A stretch of 64,000 bases of DNA from sequence record PV231354.1. One strand, given 5' to 3'. Made by a program: the position numbers and the translations under genes. Below are positions 1-9,820 of this stretch, one piece after another. Numbering within the stretch: the stretch's first letter is position 1; each line of letters begins with the position of its first letter. The notes beneath the pieces were generated by a model. The model saw only the letters and a program-made list of their open reading frames with translations. It had not been told where the DNA came from and made no database searches.

Positions 1-780
1 AGGGCGCTCGGCGAAGTTTTGTGGGACTACTATGACTTGCATTACTTCAAACGGAAGCGCTCCGAGTGGAAGTACCAAAGATTTGCTTTGGTTTATCAAC
101 AACTTGCGGACGCGGCCTCGGACACGTCGATCGCGTCCAAGTTCCAGACCTACCAGCACCTGCCGCACCTGGACCCGAAGGTCCTCAAGGCGCGCATGGA
201 CGCGGGGCATGTTGACGATCGCGGCCGGCCGATCCCGGACCGCAAGGAGCACTTCCGCCGCATCGTGACCTCGGTCGACGCGGCCCAGAAAAAGGGCGCG
301 CGCAACGACTACACGGTCGTCCAGGTGTGGGGCGAGACCCACGATCGCAAGCACTACCTGATCTACCAGGAGCGCAAGAAGGTCGAGATCAACGACCTGA
401 TCGAGATGGTCGAGCGCATCTCCAAGCGCTTCGACGTCGACTCCATCCTGGTCGAGGACAAGGGCAACGGCACGGCCTACATCCAGGCGCGGGGCCAGAC
501 CGACAACCAGCGGCGGCTCGCGCCGGCCCCGATCGAGGCGATCCAGGTCCCCAGCACCTACTCCAAGGAGTTCCGCTTCAACGAGGTCATCCCGATGATC
601 GAGGCCCAGGAGGTCTACCTGCCCGACAAGGCGCCGTGGCTCGACCTCTTCATCCGCGAAGTCGGGCAGTTCCCCGAAGGCGCCCACGATGACCAAGTCG
701 ACGCCATGACGCAGTACCTCCGCTGGGCCAAGTCCAAGCGCACGCGGTTCGGCGCGCGCAAGGTCGGCTCGATGGGCTGA
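1..780 (+). CDS. terL: Terminase large subunit, C-terminal RNase H-like nuclease domain (5' end outside window)
   Basis: Frame open from base 1; motifs VDAAQKKGARNDYTV, ILVEDKGNG and FPEGAHDDQVDAMTQ match TerL nuclease domains. Confidence 0.9.
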   Translation, partial: RALGEVLWDYYDLHYFKRKRSEWKYQRFALVYQQLADAASDTSIASKFQTYQHLPHLDPKVLKARMDAGHVDDRGRPIPDRKEHFRRIVTSVDAAQKKGARNDYTVVQVWGETHDRKHYLIYQERKKVEINDLIEMVERISKRFDVDSILVEDKGNGTAYIQARGQTDNQRRLAPAPIEAIQVPSTYSKEFRFNEVIPMIEAQEVYLPDKAPWLDLFIREVGQFPEGAHDDQVDAMTQYLRWAKSKRTRFGARKVGSMG

Positions 781-843
781 TTAACCATCTTCGTTCACCC
801 TGTCCGGGCCTGTTAACCTTAACACACCGAGGGTTAACAGGCC

Positions 844-987
844 AGGGACCCATCGAAATTAACCCTTGGGGACCCAGGGAAATCATCAGCCGGGGACCCT
901 GCCAAATTCAACGCTGGGGACCCACCGAAATCATCCCTCGGGGACCCTAGCAAATCGTGGCTCGGGGACCCTGGCAAATCAAGGAGC
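844..987 (+). repeat. Six direct repeats GGGGACCC-N4-AAAT with exact 24-bp period
   Basis: Cores at 844 (AGGGACCC), 868, 892, 916, 940 and 964. Confidence 0.9.
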
Positions 988-992
988 CGGCG

Positions 993-1226
993 ATGGCCGA
1001 ACTCATGAGCCTGCTGTTCAACCTCGCCCCGTTCCTGCTGGCGGCGATCATCGTCTACCACGTCCTGGAGGCCTTCTGGGCGGTCTGCCTGTGGGTCTAC
1101 GGCCTGCGCACCCTGTGGAAGGTCCACCGCGACGACCTGTGGGAGGCGCTGAGCCTGGAGCGCGCCCTGAGCCCGTTCACCCATCACCGGGACATGAACG
1201 GCAACCTGCCGCGCCCGCCGACCTGA
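993..1226 (+). CDS. Hypothetical membrane protein
   Basis: AAGGAG SD before ATG 993; hydrophobic N-terminal half. Confidence 0.6.
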   Translation: MAELMSLLFNLAPFLLAAIIVYHVLEAFWAVCLWVYGLRTLWKVHRDDLWEALSLERALSPFTHHRDMNGNLPRPPT

Positions 1227-1796
1227 TGCCCTAAGTCACGGACTGTAGGTTTCATGACAAGGTGGATTATTCCACAACGATTTCAAGGGCTTATCGCCAT
1301 GTCGCTCCGCCGTCTCGTCCACGATCTGGCCGTCCGCTTCGTCGTTTTGGGGTGGATTTTTGCTCAAAAGCCCCAGAAATGGGCTCCAAAAGGGCATAAT
1401 TTTCAGCCCAATCCGCCGGCCGAGGTCGTCCAGGACTGGCGCTTCATCGCCCTAGCCGTCGGCGCCAGCACCGCCGTGCTCTGGGCCGCATGCACAAGAC
1501 GGTCGATCCGTCAATACCTCGCGTGGCGCAACCCCCGCATGTCATAGACTAGGGCTTTCGTGACGACCTCACGTTTACGTTACTGGATAAACCCATGCCC
1601 CACCTCGGTTTCTGGCTCTCTGCCGCCTGCATAGCTCTGGCCTGGGTGATCTGGGCCGCCGCCCGGCTGATCCGCCGCGATCGCCAGCGTCGCGCCGCTG
1701 GAGCGCGCCTGGGCCGGCGCACCGCAGCCGCCCATATGCGCCATATCTGAGCCCTTATCGCCCTTTAGGGCTCAGATACGCGACATTACGGCCCTC

Positions 1797-1960
1797 TTGA
1801 CGCCCTCGTGTTCCTCTGAACGCGGGGGCGTTTTGACGTCGGCGCATTTCCCTCTTGACGCGCGAGCATTTCAACGCCGGAGCGTTTTGACGCGGGCGCA
1901 TTTTCGATTCAACGCGCGAGCGTTTTGACGTCCGAACGTTTTTCAACTTGACGTCGTTTC
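1797..1960 (+). repeat. Array of about 8 direct units T(T/C/G)(G/A)ACG-N6-C(A/G)TTT
   Basis: Units at 1797, 1817, 1833, 1855, 1871, 1887, 1909 and 1925. Confidence 0.8.
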
Positions 1961-1979
1961 ATTTACCACGAGCGCCTTA

Positions 1980-2210
1980 GGGTTAACCGCCGAGCCTGGG
2001 AATGGTTAAGGCCCGTTAACCATGTTTGTTAACCCTCAAGGCGTTAACCTATCACCCGTTAAGGTTAACGCACCCCGGCCATTAACCCTGAGCGTGTTAA
2101 GGTTAACGCCCCATTAAGGTTAACAATTAAGGTTAACGCGCCCGGTAACCCTGCCGTCGTTAAGGTTAACAAACATGGTTAACGGGCCAGACCGGCGTTA
2201 ACCTTAACGG
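1980..2210. repeat. Dense GTTAAC/TTAA cluster, non-coding
   Basis: More than 15 TTAA cores, many as TTAAGGTTAAC, within 230 bp of a GC-rich genome. Confidence 0.85.
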
Positions 2211-2392
2211 CGCGCGTCCCAGGCCATACCCGGTAGGGCCGTCAGGCCCTACCGGGTATGACTCCGCTGGCCAGCGCCAGCCGGCGAGCCCGGCGCCGAT
2301 TTTCTTTCGGCGTTTACTTTTTGTTAAGAATTGGCGTCTAGTGTCCTCCTTGTCGGGGCCAGCCCCGGCGCTCTTTGACATTGTGAGGCAAC

Positions 2393-2581
2393 ATGATTCC
2401 CTCTGAAGTTCTGAATCCGCGCGAGCACTGGACTCCCGTCGCCTCGCGCGAGGAAGCCGAAAAGATCGCCGCGCGCTGCACTGAAGGCGACCCCGTCGGC
2501 CGCTACTACGTCGAGGAAAAGGGCGCGGCCTACGCTGTCGCCTATGACGACGAGGCGGGCGAATTCGTCGCCTACCTGTAA
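2393..2581 (+). CDS. Hypothetical LTR protein
   Basis: GAGG SD; stop codon lies inside the next CtrA box. Confidence 0.75.
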   Translation: MIPSEVLNPREHWTPVASREEAEKIAARCTEGDPVGRYYVEEKGAAYAVAYDDEAGEFVAYL

Positions 2582-2643
2582 ACCTTTTGTTAAGACCTGA
2601 CCTCTAAACAGGGGTCAGGTTCAACCCCTGGAGGCCCTGCCCC

Positions 2644-3030
2644 ATGCCCAACCCCGGACTCTTTCGCGCCATGGCCAAAGTCGCCAAGCCGGTGATTAAG
2701 GCCTATCACGCCGATTTTGAGATTCACGACGCCAAGGTGATTCACGGCCTAAAGGACGGCGATGTCATCTTGTGGGCGCCGGATGCGCACGGAACGACTC
2801 TTATCGTCCTGGCGCGGGCTGGACGGCCCAACCATCGCGCCGCCGAACACTTCGAAGCCGCCAAGGCCCGCAACGCCCCCGCGTGGTTTGTCGCGTCGCT
2901 GTACCATGACGGCGAGTCGGGTCACTGGAGCCTTTCGCCGGCGCCGGACGCGCCCGAAATCGTCGCCCGCTTCGCCGAACAAGCCGCCCGCGACACCGCC
3001 CCGGACCCGGTGCGCGAGCTACACCTTTAA
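2644..3030 (+). CDS. Hypothetical LTR protein
   Basis: GGAGG SD; bounded by CtrA boxes. Confidence 0.8.
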   Translation: MPNPGLFRAMAKVAKPVIKAYHADFEIHDAKVIHGLKDGDVILWAPDAHGTTLIVLARAGRPNHRAAEHFEAAKARNAPAWFVASLYHDGESGHWSLSPAPDAPEIVARFAEQAARDTAPDPVRELHL

Positions 3031-3092
3031 CCTTTTGTTAAGACTTGACCTCTAAACAGGGGTCAAGTCCAACCCCCTGGAGGCCCTGCCCC

Positions 3093-3632
3093 ATGTCTGC
3101 AATCGAAACCGTCAACCTCTCGCGCGGCCGTGTTCTCACGGTCGAAATCGACGACTGCGCGCAAGAGCCCTACGCGGGCGACAAGGGCGTGCGAATCGTC
3201 GTCCTGCATCGCCAGTGGACGAATCCCGCCGCCGGCCTGCTGGACTCGGTCGAGGACGTCCAAGCCTTCGAGGCGGAGAACGCCGCGCCCGACTCGCCTT
3301 GGGCGATCTTCGCGCTATGGGTTATGGACCATAGCGGCCGGACCTTCAAAGCCGGCGCGCTGGGCGCCGGAAACCCGTTCGGCGCCGGACCCTATGCCCA
3401 GTGGGATAGCGGCCGGGTCGGAGTCATCGCCCTGGCGCGCGACGAGTGGCCCGCCGCCGACCTGACCACGGCGCAAAGCGTCGCCTCCACCTATCAGGCA
3501 TGGGCCGAAGGGGAGGTTTACGAATACGTCATTTCGAACAAGCGGGGCGACGTGCTCGACTCGTGCGGCGGGTTCTACAGCGTCGAGGAAGCCTTGACCG
3601 AAGGGCGCACCGCCGCGCGGGTGAAGGCGTGA
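3093..3632 (+). CDS. Hypothetical LTR protein
   Basis: GGAGG SD; C-terminal DSCGGFY motif. Confidence 0.8.
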   Translation: MSAIETVNLSRGRVLTVEIDDCAQEPYAGDKGVRIVVLHRQWTNPAAGLLDSVEDVQAFEAENAAPDSPWAIFALWVMDHSGRTFKAGALGAGNPFGAGPYAQWDSGRVGVIALARDEWPAADLTTAQSVASTYQAWAEGEVYEYVISNKRGDVLDSCGGFYSVEEALTEGRTAARVKA

Positions 3633-3823
3633 GGGTCGCCCGCGACGCCTTCGCCGTGTTCTGGACCCTCCCCGCCGGGGGCGTCCAGTTTCACGCCGAC
3701 ATGAAGCGGGCGCTATACCCGACCGCCAAGGCCGCCGCCGACGCCTTCGCCGCCATGTTCCCCGGTGATCGCGTCCAGAGCGTGCGCGACGGCTCCGGCC
3801 GCTTCCTGCCCTTCAAGGCCTGA
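3629..3823 (+). CDS. Hypothetical LTR protein
   Basis: GTG start overlaps upstream stop (GTGA); terminator follows. Confidence 0.65.
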   Translation: MRVARDAFAVFWTLPAGGVQFHADMKRALYPTAKAAADAFAAMFPGDRVQSVRDGSGRFLPFKA

Positions 3824-3932
3824 CAGAACGCCCCGGAATCTTTTTCCGGGGCGTTTACTTTTTGTTAAGGAATGGCGTCTAATGTCCTCTTGCGGCCGGG
3901 CAATCCCGCCCCGCCGCCCTGGATCAAGTCCG

Positions 3933-4280
3933 ATGCAAACCGTTCCCACTGGTCACCGCTTCACCCGCTACGGGCAAACCTACGTTGTCCGCCCTGGCCT
4001 TCGCTATGTGCCGGAGGCGCAAGCCGCCGACGTTTCGCGCCGGGGCTGGACCCTGCAAAATTCCGACCTTAAGGCCCTGCTGGGCTGGGCGCCAAAACTC
4101 CCCCGCGAAGCCGTCGCCCCGGTCATGATTGGTGACGTGTCGGTCTACGTCATGAGCGCGGCCGAAGCCGCCGCCCGCAAGCCGAAGAACAACCGGCCGC
4201 ACCGCGTGACGGCGGTTTGCCCCGGATGCGCCGCCCATGTCCCCGCCGGGCGCCTCTCGCAACACAAGTGCAAGCTTTAA
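3933..4280 (+). CDS. Hypothetical LTR protein with possible C-terminal Zn-binding motif
   Basis: CPGC...HKC; stop lies in CtrA box. Confidence 0.75.
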   Translation: MQTVPTGHRFTRYGQTYVVRPGLRYVPEAQAADVSRRGWTLQNSDLKALLGWAPKLPREAVAPVMIGDVSVYVMSAAEAAARKPKNNRPHRVTAVCPGCAAHVPAGRLSQHKCKL

Positions 4281-4339
4281 CCTTTTGTTAAGACCCGGCC
4301 GCTAGAGTGGCCGGGTCAAACCCCTCTGGAGCCCCTCCC

Positions 4340-4861
4340 ATGCCGGAATTTATCCTTGACCAGTCGGGCGCGGTTGAACTGCCCGCGCCGACCCCCAACG
4401 CCGCGCCCGCCGCCTATGAATTCGGCGACCTCGACGACTTCACCCAAGGCTATATCGAGGCCCTGTTTTTCACCGAGTCGTCGCCGGCCTTCATGCGCGC
4501 CGAATGGTTCGGCGCCGAGTGTCAAGAGGCCTTGGAGGAAGGCACGGCGGACGGGAACATTCCGGGCGATGTCGGATTCGCCGACCTCGCGCCCGCCACC
4601 CTGGCGCGCATCGTCGCCGATTGCGCCGACTTCCAACGCGACCACGCCGACACCCTGGCTAAGGCCTATGACCACGGCGGCGCGTCGGGCGACTATGACG
4701 ACGCCGCCGCCGGCCGTGATTATTGGTACACCCGCAACGGCCATGGCGTCGGGTTCTGGGATCGCGGACTCGGCGAGATCGGCGAGGCCCTGAGCAAGGC
4801 CGCCCGCTACAGCGAGCAAAACGCCTCTTTCGAGGATGACGAAAAGGTCTATCTCTCTTAA
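4340..4861 (+). CDS. Conserved-type phage hypothetical protein
   Basis: YTRNGHGVGFWDRG motif; GGAG SD; stop lies in CtrA box. Confidence 0.8.
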   Translation: MPEFILDQSGAVELPAPTPNAAPAAYEFGDLDDFTQGYIEALFFTESSPAFMRAEWFGAECQEALEEGTADGNIPGDVGFADLAPATLARIVADCADFQRDHADTLAKAYDHGGASGDYDDAAAGRDYWYTRNGHGVGFWDRGLGEIGEALSKAARYSEQNASFEDDEKVYLS

Positions 4862-4953
4862 CCTTTTGTTAAGACTTGGCCTCTAGGGTCAGGTTGTCCC
4901 GGCGCCGGGGCTGGAACCCCCGGCGCATCCATTCCGTGAAAGGAATCCATACC

Positions 4954-5700
4954 GTGTCTTTTGGTCAATTCTCCGCCGACGCCCGCGCCCCGCTGTCGAA
5001 AGCCGCCATGCTGGACGCCCTCCCCGCCGCGCGCCGTGACGCTCTGGTCAAGTCCAGCAAGCCGGCGCGAAACACGCTCGATTACACAACCGCCGACGGC
5101 GTGCGCCGCGTGCGCTTGCATGACACCGACGTCCTGACGTTCCACGTTGGCGGCGCCGTCGAGATCAACACGGGCGGCTGGAATACCCTAACCACGCGCG
5201 ACCGAATCAACACGTTCGCCCCGCCTCACGTGCGCGTCTACAGCGACAAGGGCCGCGCCGTGGTTCACGCCTTGCCGGCCGGTGACGGCGCCGTCACGTG
5301 GTCCAGCCCCGCCGCGTCCAAGCCGTTCGCCAAGCGCGCCACCGTTCACCCGGACGGCCGAATCGAAGTGGACGCGACCGTCAAGGAACTGGAGGCGATT
5401 CCTAGCCTCATCCGCCGCTATCTGGAGGCCTTCAAGGCCGGTTTCCCGTTCAACTCGTCGGGTGACCCGTGGATGACGCCCGGCGCCCTTGTCGCCCCGG
5501 AAACCGCCCTTGACTGGCTGGGCGCCGACACCGGCAAGCCGTACCTGTTCGACTCGATCCTGTTTCACGCCCATGTCGCGGCCGGCCTGACCGAAGAGGG
5601 CGCGGCGTTCTACATGCGCGAGGCCGCCCGGCGCGGCGTCGACAAATTCAATCTCGGCCGCATCCGGCGCTATCTGAAGCGTTGCCTTCGCGAAGCCTAG
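4954..5700 (+). CDS. Hypothetical LTR protein
   Basis: AAAGGA SD before GTG; terminator follows. Confidence 0.75.
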   Translation: MSFGQFSADARAPLSKAAMLDALPAARRDALVKSSKPARNTLDYTTADGVRRVRLHDTDVLTFHVGGAVEINTGGWNTLTTRDRINTFAPPHVRVYSDKGRAVVHALPAGDGAVTWSSPAASKPFAKRATVHPDGRIEVDATVKELEAIPSLIRRYLEAFKAGFPFNSSGDPWMTPGALVAPETALDWLGADTGKPYLFDSILFHAHVAAGLTEEGAAFYMREAARRGVDKFNLGRIRRYLKRCLREA

Positions 5701-5837
5701 ACCCTGCCCGGCCGCGCCTCCCCTGGCGCGGCCTTTCTTTTCCGTGTACGCGTTAACTTCTTGTTAAGACTTTACGCGCTAATGTCCCCTTGCCGCCGGG
5801 CAATCCCGCCCCGCCGCCTCTCAAAGGATCGCCACCC

Positions 5838-6458
5838 ATGGCCCGCCTGATCAAAGCCAAGTCCACCGCCGAACAAGCCGAAGCCCTGGCCAGCCTGCAA
5901 AAAATGCTCAAGCCGGGCGACACGGTTTATCCCGTGCTGCGCCACGTCTCGACCTCCGGCATGATGCGAGTCATTGACCTGATTATCCCGGTCACGGTCG
6001 AGACGTCGCAAACCCTGCCGGCCGGCGCGCGCGGCTTCAAGATCGGCGTTCAAGCCTATGCGACCCCGCCGGAGCGCAACGCCCCGCGCGCCTTCTCAAC
6101 CGGCGCCGTGACGGCTTTCGACGCCGACACCGTGACCATTGCCTATCAGGCCACCGCCGACGGCCGGGGCGTGGCGGAGTCGGTGACGTGGCCCCGTGGT
6201 CAGGTCAAGTTCTACGCCAAGAGCAAGCGCCCCGGCGTCCGCTCGATCGGCTGGCTTGCCGCGAAGGCCATGGGCGACACTTTCGACGCCGACCGCCAAG
6301 GAATCAAGGTCGGCGGGTGCGGAATGGATATGGGCTTTCACCTCGTTTACAGCCTGGGCCGCACGCTCTGGCCGAAGGGAACGAAAAAGCCGCACGGCTC
6401 GCGCAATGGCGAGCCCGACCGCGACGGCGGTTATGCGCTGAAACATTCCTGGCTTTAA
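5838..6458 (+). CDS. Conserved-type phage hypothetical protein
   Basis: LRHVSTSGMMRVI and GCGMDMGFHLVYSL motifs; AAAGGA SD. Confidence 0.8.
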   Translation: MARLIKAKSTAEQAEALASLQKMLKPGDTVYPVLRHVSTSGMMRVIDLIIPVTVETSQTLPAGARGFKIGVQAYATPPERNAPRAFSTGAVTAFDADTVTIAYQATADGRGVAESVTWPRGQVKFYAKSKRPGVRSIGWLAAKAMGDTFDADRQGIKVGGCGMDMGFHLVYSLGRTLWPKGTKKPHGSRNGEPDRDGGYALKHSWL

Positions 6459-6535
6459 CTTTTTGTTAAGAGTTTAGCCGCTAATGTCTCCTTGCGGCCG
6501 GGCAATCCCGCCCGGCCGCACCCGGAACCAAGCCC

Positions 6536-6808
6536 ATGACCCGCGCTCAAGTCCTCGCCGAAATCGCCGCCCTTGAAGGCGTCCAAGCCCGTTTCGTCAC
6601 CGAAACCAAGGAATTCCGCGTCACCCTGACCTTTGGCCCGCTTCCCATGGGGCGCGGCTCGCAAGCCTGGATGAACGCCCGCCGGGAAGCCGTCGCCTAC
6701 TACACCGAAGACAAGGCCGACGCCCTGGCCACCGCCCGCGACATGTCGGCCCGTTGGGTCGCCATGACCCCCGCGCAACGTGATCACCTGTACCGCAACG
6801 CCGCGTAA
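6536..6808 (+). CDS. Hypothetical LTR protein
   Basis: Bounded by CtrA boxes. Confidence 0.75.
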   Translation: MTRAQVLAEIAALEGVQARFVTETKEFRVTLTFGPLPMGRGSQAWMNARREAVAYYTEDKADALATARDMSARWVAMTPAQRDHLYRNAA

Positions 6809-6872
6809 CCCTTCGTTAAGACCCGGCCGCTAGAGTGGCCGGGTCATCAACCCCCCGCAAGGATCGCCCGAC

Positions 6873-7151
6873 ATGCGCAAGCCCCTGACCCAAGAGCAAA
6901 AGGCCCGCCGCCGCGCGCAACGCCGCGCCGCCCGCCTGACCTGGAGCGACGAACGCCGCGCGGCCGAATACGCCCGCCAATCGCGCTTTTTCCTGATGAT
7001 CGCCGAACGCGCCCAAGTCGCGGGCGACCGCACCGAAGCCGCCCGCCTCGCCACCGTCGCGCAACGCAAGGTAACGAACTGGCGCATGGCTCAAGCGTGC
7101 GCCCGCATCAACGCCCTTTCCGTCCACGCCTGGGCCGCTGTCGCGGCCTAA
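6873..7151 (+). CDS. Basic Arg/Ala-rich hypothetical protein
   Basis: AAGGA SD downstream of CtrA promoter. Confidence 0.75.
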   Translation: MRKPLTQEQKARRRAQRRAARLTWSDERRAAEYARQSRFFLMIAERAQVAGDRTEAARLATVAQRKVTNWRMAQACARINALSVHAWAAVAA

Positions 7152-7168
7152 CCGGAGAACCCCGCCCC

Positions 7169-7492
7169 ATGCCCCCGATGACTCACCCTCACGCCCTGGC
7201 CTTGATCGCGCTCGCTGAAAAGGTCTTGCCCCTGACCCGGCTGGACCCGCTGAATCAGCGCGCCGCCGCTGTCGATCTTATCGGCGACCTCTACAGCCTC
7301 GCCGACTCCATCGACGCCACCGCCGGCCACTTGGTCGCCGCTGTCAACGGCGCCTTGCGCGACGGCTGCGAGGGTTACGCGCCCAAGAGCCGCGCCGCCG
7401 CCGCTGTCGCCAGCGTCCGCGCCGACGAACTGCGCGCCGCCCTGGAAGCCTACACCGAAGCCGCCGCCCTGGCCCTGCCGAAAGTCGCCTGA
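7169..7492 (+). CDS. Hypothetical LTR protein
   Basis: GGAG SD; contiguous with neighbours. Confidence 0.7.
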   Translation: MPPMTHPHALALIALAEKVLPLTRLDPLNQRAAAVDLIGDLYSLADSIDATAGHLVAAVNGALRDGCEGYAPKSRAAAAVASVRADELRAALEAYTEAAALALPKVA

Positions 7493-7493
7493 C

Positions 7494-8078
7494 ATGACCG
7501 TCACCCGCTACCGCCTCCCGCCCGCCGGCCGTGTCGCCCGCGAACTGTCGGAAACCCATTTCGCCGCCCATGACCTGCTAGGCCACGTCAACGGCGCCGC
7601 CCTGACGCCCGACGACGCCCGCAAGCTGGCCAAGACTCGCGACTCGCTCATGACCTTCGCCGCCGGCGCCTATACGTTCAAGGCCCCCGACTCCGTGCTC
7701 GCAACCCTGCTTTGGGTTGTCGAAATGGCGCAAGAGCGCGCCACCGACTCCGACTTCAACACGGCGCGCGAAGCGCTGGACGAACACGACGCCTTAGCGT
7801 TCGTCACCGATTGGCTAGAGGCGCACGGGCTGGACGTGGCCCGCATCCGGGGCGCCGAGTTGAGCGCCGAAGCCCGCGCTTCGTTGGTTGAGGAAGCGAA
7901 CGCCGAACAAGCCAAGCTCGACGCCCTGGAAGCCGCCCAGAACCCCGAAACGGCCGCCGACGTGATCACCGAAGCCCTCGCCCCGTTCCTGGGCTCCACG
8001 GTCGCGGAAAACCACGCCGACGACGTGCTAGACGCCCTCACGCGCGCCGGCTTCACCCTGACCCGCAAGGAGGCCTGA
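7494..8078 (+). CDS. Hypothetical LTR protein
   Basis: Contiguous ORF with phage-like codon usage. Confidence 0.75.
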   Translation: MTVTRYRLPPAGRVARELSETHFAAHDLLGHVNGAALTPDDARKLAKTRDSLMTFAAGAYTFKAPDSVLATLLWVVEMAQERATDSDFNTAREALDEHDALAFVTDWLEAHGLDVARIRGAELSAEARASLVEEANAEQAKLDALEAAQNPETAADVITEALAPFLGSTVAENHADDVLDALTRAGFTLTRKEA

Positions 8079-8082
8079 AACC

Positions 8083-8571
8083 GTGCGCACCGTGACCCGC
8101 AACGCCGACCCCGCAAAGATCATCGGGGGCTATCTCATGAGCGCCCAACGCTCCGGCGCCCTGACCGCCTCAGACGAGGTTATCGCCACGCTTGAGGCCG
8201 CCGGCTATGTCATCGCCCGCCGCCGCGACGTGTTCACCGATACCGGCCAAAAGCTGGGCGCCGTCCTGGCGTCGCTTTATGACGCCGTGCCGAATTCGGC
8301 CGTCCGAACCCAACGCCTCGCCGACGCTCTGAAGCCGGCGCGAGATTACGTCTATCAGCCCCGGTTCCGGGTTGTGCTGGACGCCGCGCCGGGCGCTCGC
8401 CTCACCGACTGCGAAACCGGCGCATGCGTCTATTTCCAGCCGGGCGACGACGCCGACGCCTTCCGCGAAGAGTTTGGCCCGTGGGTGCGCGACGACGCCC
8501 CCGAAACGGCCGAAGGCCAGCCCCTGGCCTCGATGATGGACCCGACCGCCGAAGAGTATTTCAGCGGCTAA
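8083..8571 (+). CDS. Hypothetical LTR protein
   Basis: AAGGAGG SD; contiguous. Confidence 0.75.
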   Translation: MRTVTRNADPAKIIGGYLMSAQRSGALTASDEVIATLEAAGYVIARRRDVFTDTGQKLGAVLASLYDAVPNSAVRTQRLADALKPARDYVYQPRFRVVLDAAPGARLTDCETGACVYFQPGDDADAFREEFGPWVRDDAPETAEGQPLASMMDPTAEEYFSG

Positions 8572-8841
8572 GTCATCAAACCTACCGTCTATGACATGTC
8601 ACGGGCTGAATACTTGGCCCGTGACGACTTCCACTAGTAAAGCTCACGCCTGTTTTCGTGACATAGCGCAAGGAACTGAAATCGTTGGAAAAACTCCTAG
8701 AGGGTCACAAAGTTCTGGTTTGGCTGCTGCTTCTGGCTTGCCTCTGGCGCTTTTAACCCTTTGTTAAGACTTTACCCGCTAGGGTGACTTTGCGGCCGGG
8801 CAATCCCGCCCCGCCGCCCTTCCTTCTCTGGAGCCGCTACC

Positions 8842-9282
8842 ATGCAAACCGCTTCCGTGATCCTCCCCGCCCAAACCCTGGCCGGCGCCGACCTTGGCCC
8901 CGTGCTGATGGTCTTCGCCCTGGAACTGTCGCAGCACTTCGGCGACGTCGCCCAAGCCCCGACCGTCGAGCGCTGGACCGATGAGGCGACGGGCGCCGAA
9001 TTCGTCGCCGACTGTGTGGCGTTCACGGTGTCGGCGGACTGGACCGCCAAGGGCGGACGCATGGCGCGCCGCCTGGAGAACATGGCCGCCCGCTACGCCG
9101 CCCCGTGCGAGGCCCCGGCCCTGACCGTCCAGCACGCCGACGGCTCAACCGTCTACGTCGCCGCCCTGGAGGCCCTGGCGCGCCCTGCCCCGGTGCAAGG
9201 CCCCTCGCGCATCGCAGACCCGGCTTTCCTGCCCCGCCAGCGTGAGGACAAGGCCGCCCGCTTCGAGCGCCTGACCGCCTAG
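8842..9282 (+). CDS. Hypothetical LTR protein
   Basis: GGAG SD after CtrA promoter; terminator at 9307-9340. Confidence 0.75.
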   Translation: MQTASVILPAQTLAGADLGPVLMVFALELSQHFGDVAQAPTVERWTDEATGAEFVADCVAFTVSADWTAKGGRMARRLENMAARYAAPCEAPALTVQHADGSTVYVAALEALARPAPVQGPSRIADPAFLPRQREDKAARFERLTA

Positions 9283-9427
9283 GCCCTGGCCTAGCCTCTC
9301 CCCTTGGCGCACCGCCTCGCAAGCGGTGCGCTTTTCTTTGCGTATTAACTTGTTGTTAAGAGTTTAGCTGATAGTGTCTCCTTGTTGGCGGCGCATCCCG
9401 CGCCGCTCCTCTCTTGGATCGCTCGAC

Positions 9428-9820
9428 ATGGCCCGCCCTTCTGACCTGCTCAACGTCAACGCCGCCCGCGTCCTGGCTTGCCTCGAAGCCCTGGCCGGCG
9501 TCGTCAAGACCGCCCCGGAAGCCGACCGCGCCGCCTTTTCCTTCCTGCTGGACGCGGCCGAATTCGTCGCCTCCTGGCGCCGCAACCATACGGAAACCGA
9601 CCGTCGCCGCGCCTACGGTGCGGCGTGCGCGGCGCAAGCCCTGGCCCTGACCAATGCCTATCAGCCCGCGACCATGCAAGGCGGGGCGGTGCGCCGCGCC
9701 CTGGGCGCCTATGCCGCCGCCCTTAAGCTGCTGCTGGACGGCGAGCCGGTGCAAGCCGTGCGCGCGGCCGAAGGCGCCGCCCAAAGCGTGCGCGGGCGCT
9801 TCGCTAACACCCGCATCTAG
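9428..9820 (+). CDS. Ala-rich hypothetical LTR protein
   Basis: Bounded by CtrA boxes. Confidence 0.7.
   Translation: MARPSDLLNVNAARVLACLEALAGVVKTAPEADRAAFSFLLDAAEFVASWRRNHTETDRRRAYGAACAAQALALTNAYQPATMQGGAVRRALGAYAAALKLLLDGEPVQAVRAAEGAAQSVRGRFANTRI

Noticed and set aside
844-987. 24-bp periodic repeats as a CRISPR array
   Set aside because: The constant part is only about 12 nt, spacers are 4-8 nt, and no cas genes are present.
1254-1547. 97-aa ORF after the 24-bp repeats
   Set aside because: Its N-terminal codon usage is atypical, it has no clear SD, and it overlaps the dyad motifs; a shorter internal ORF is possible but unsupported.
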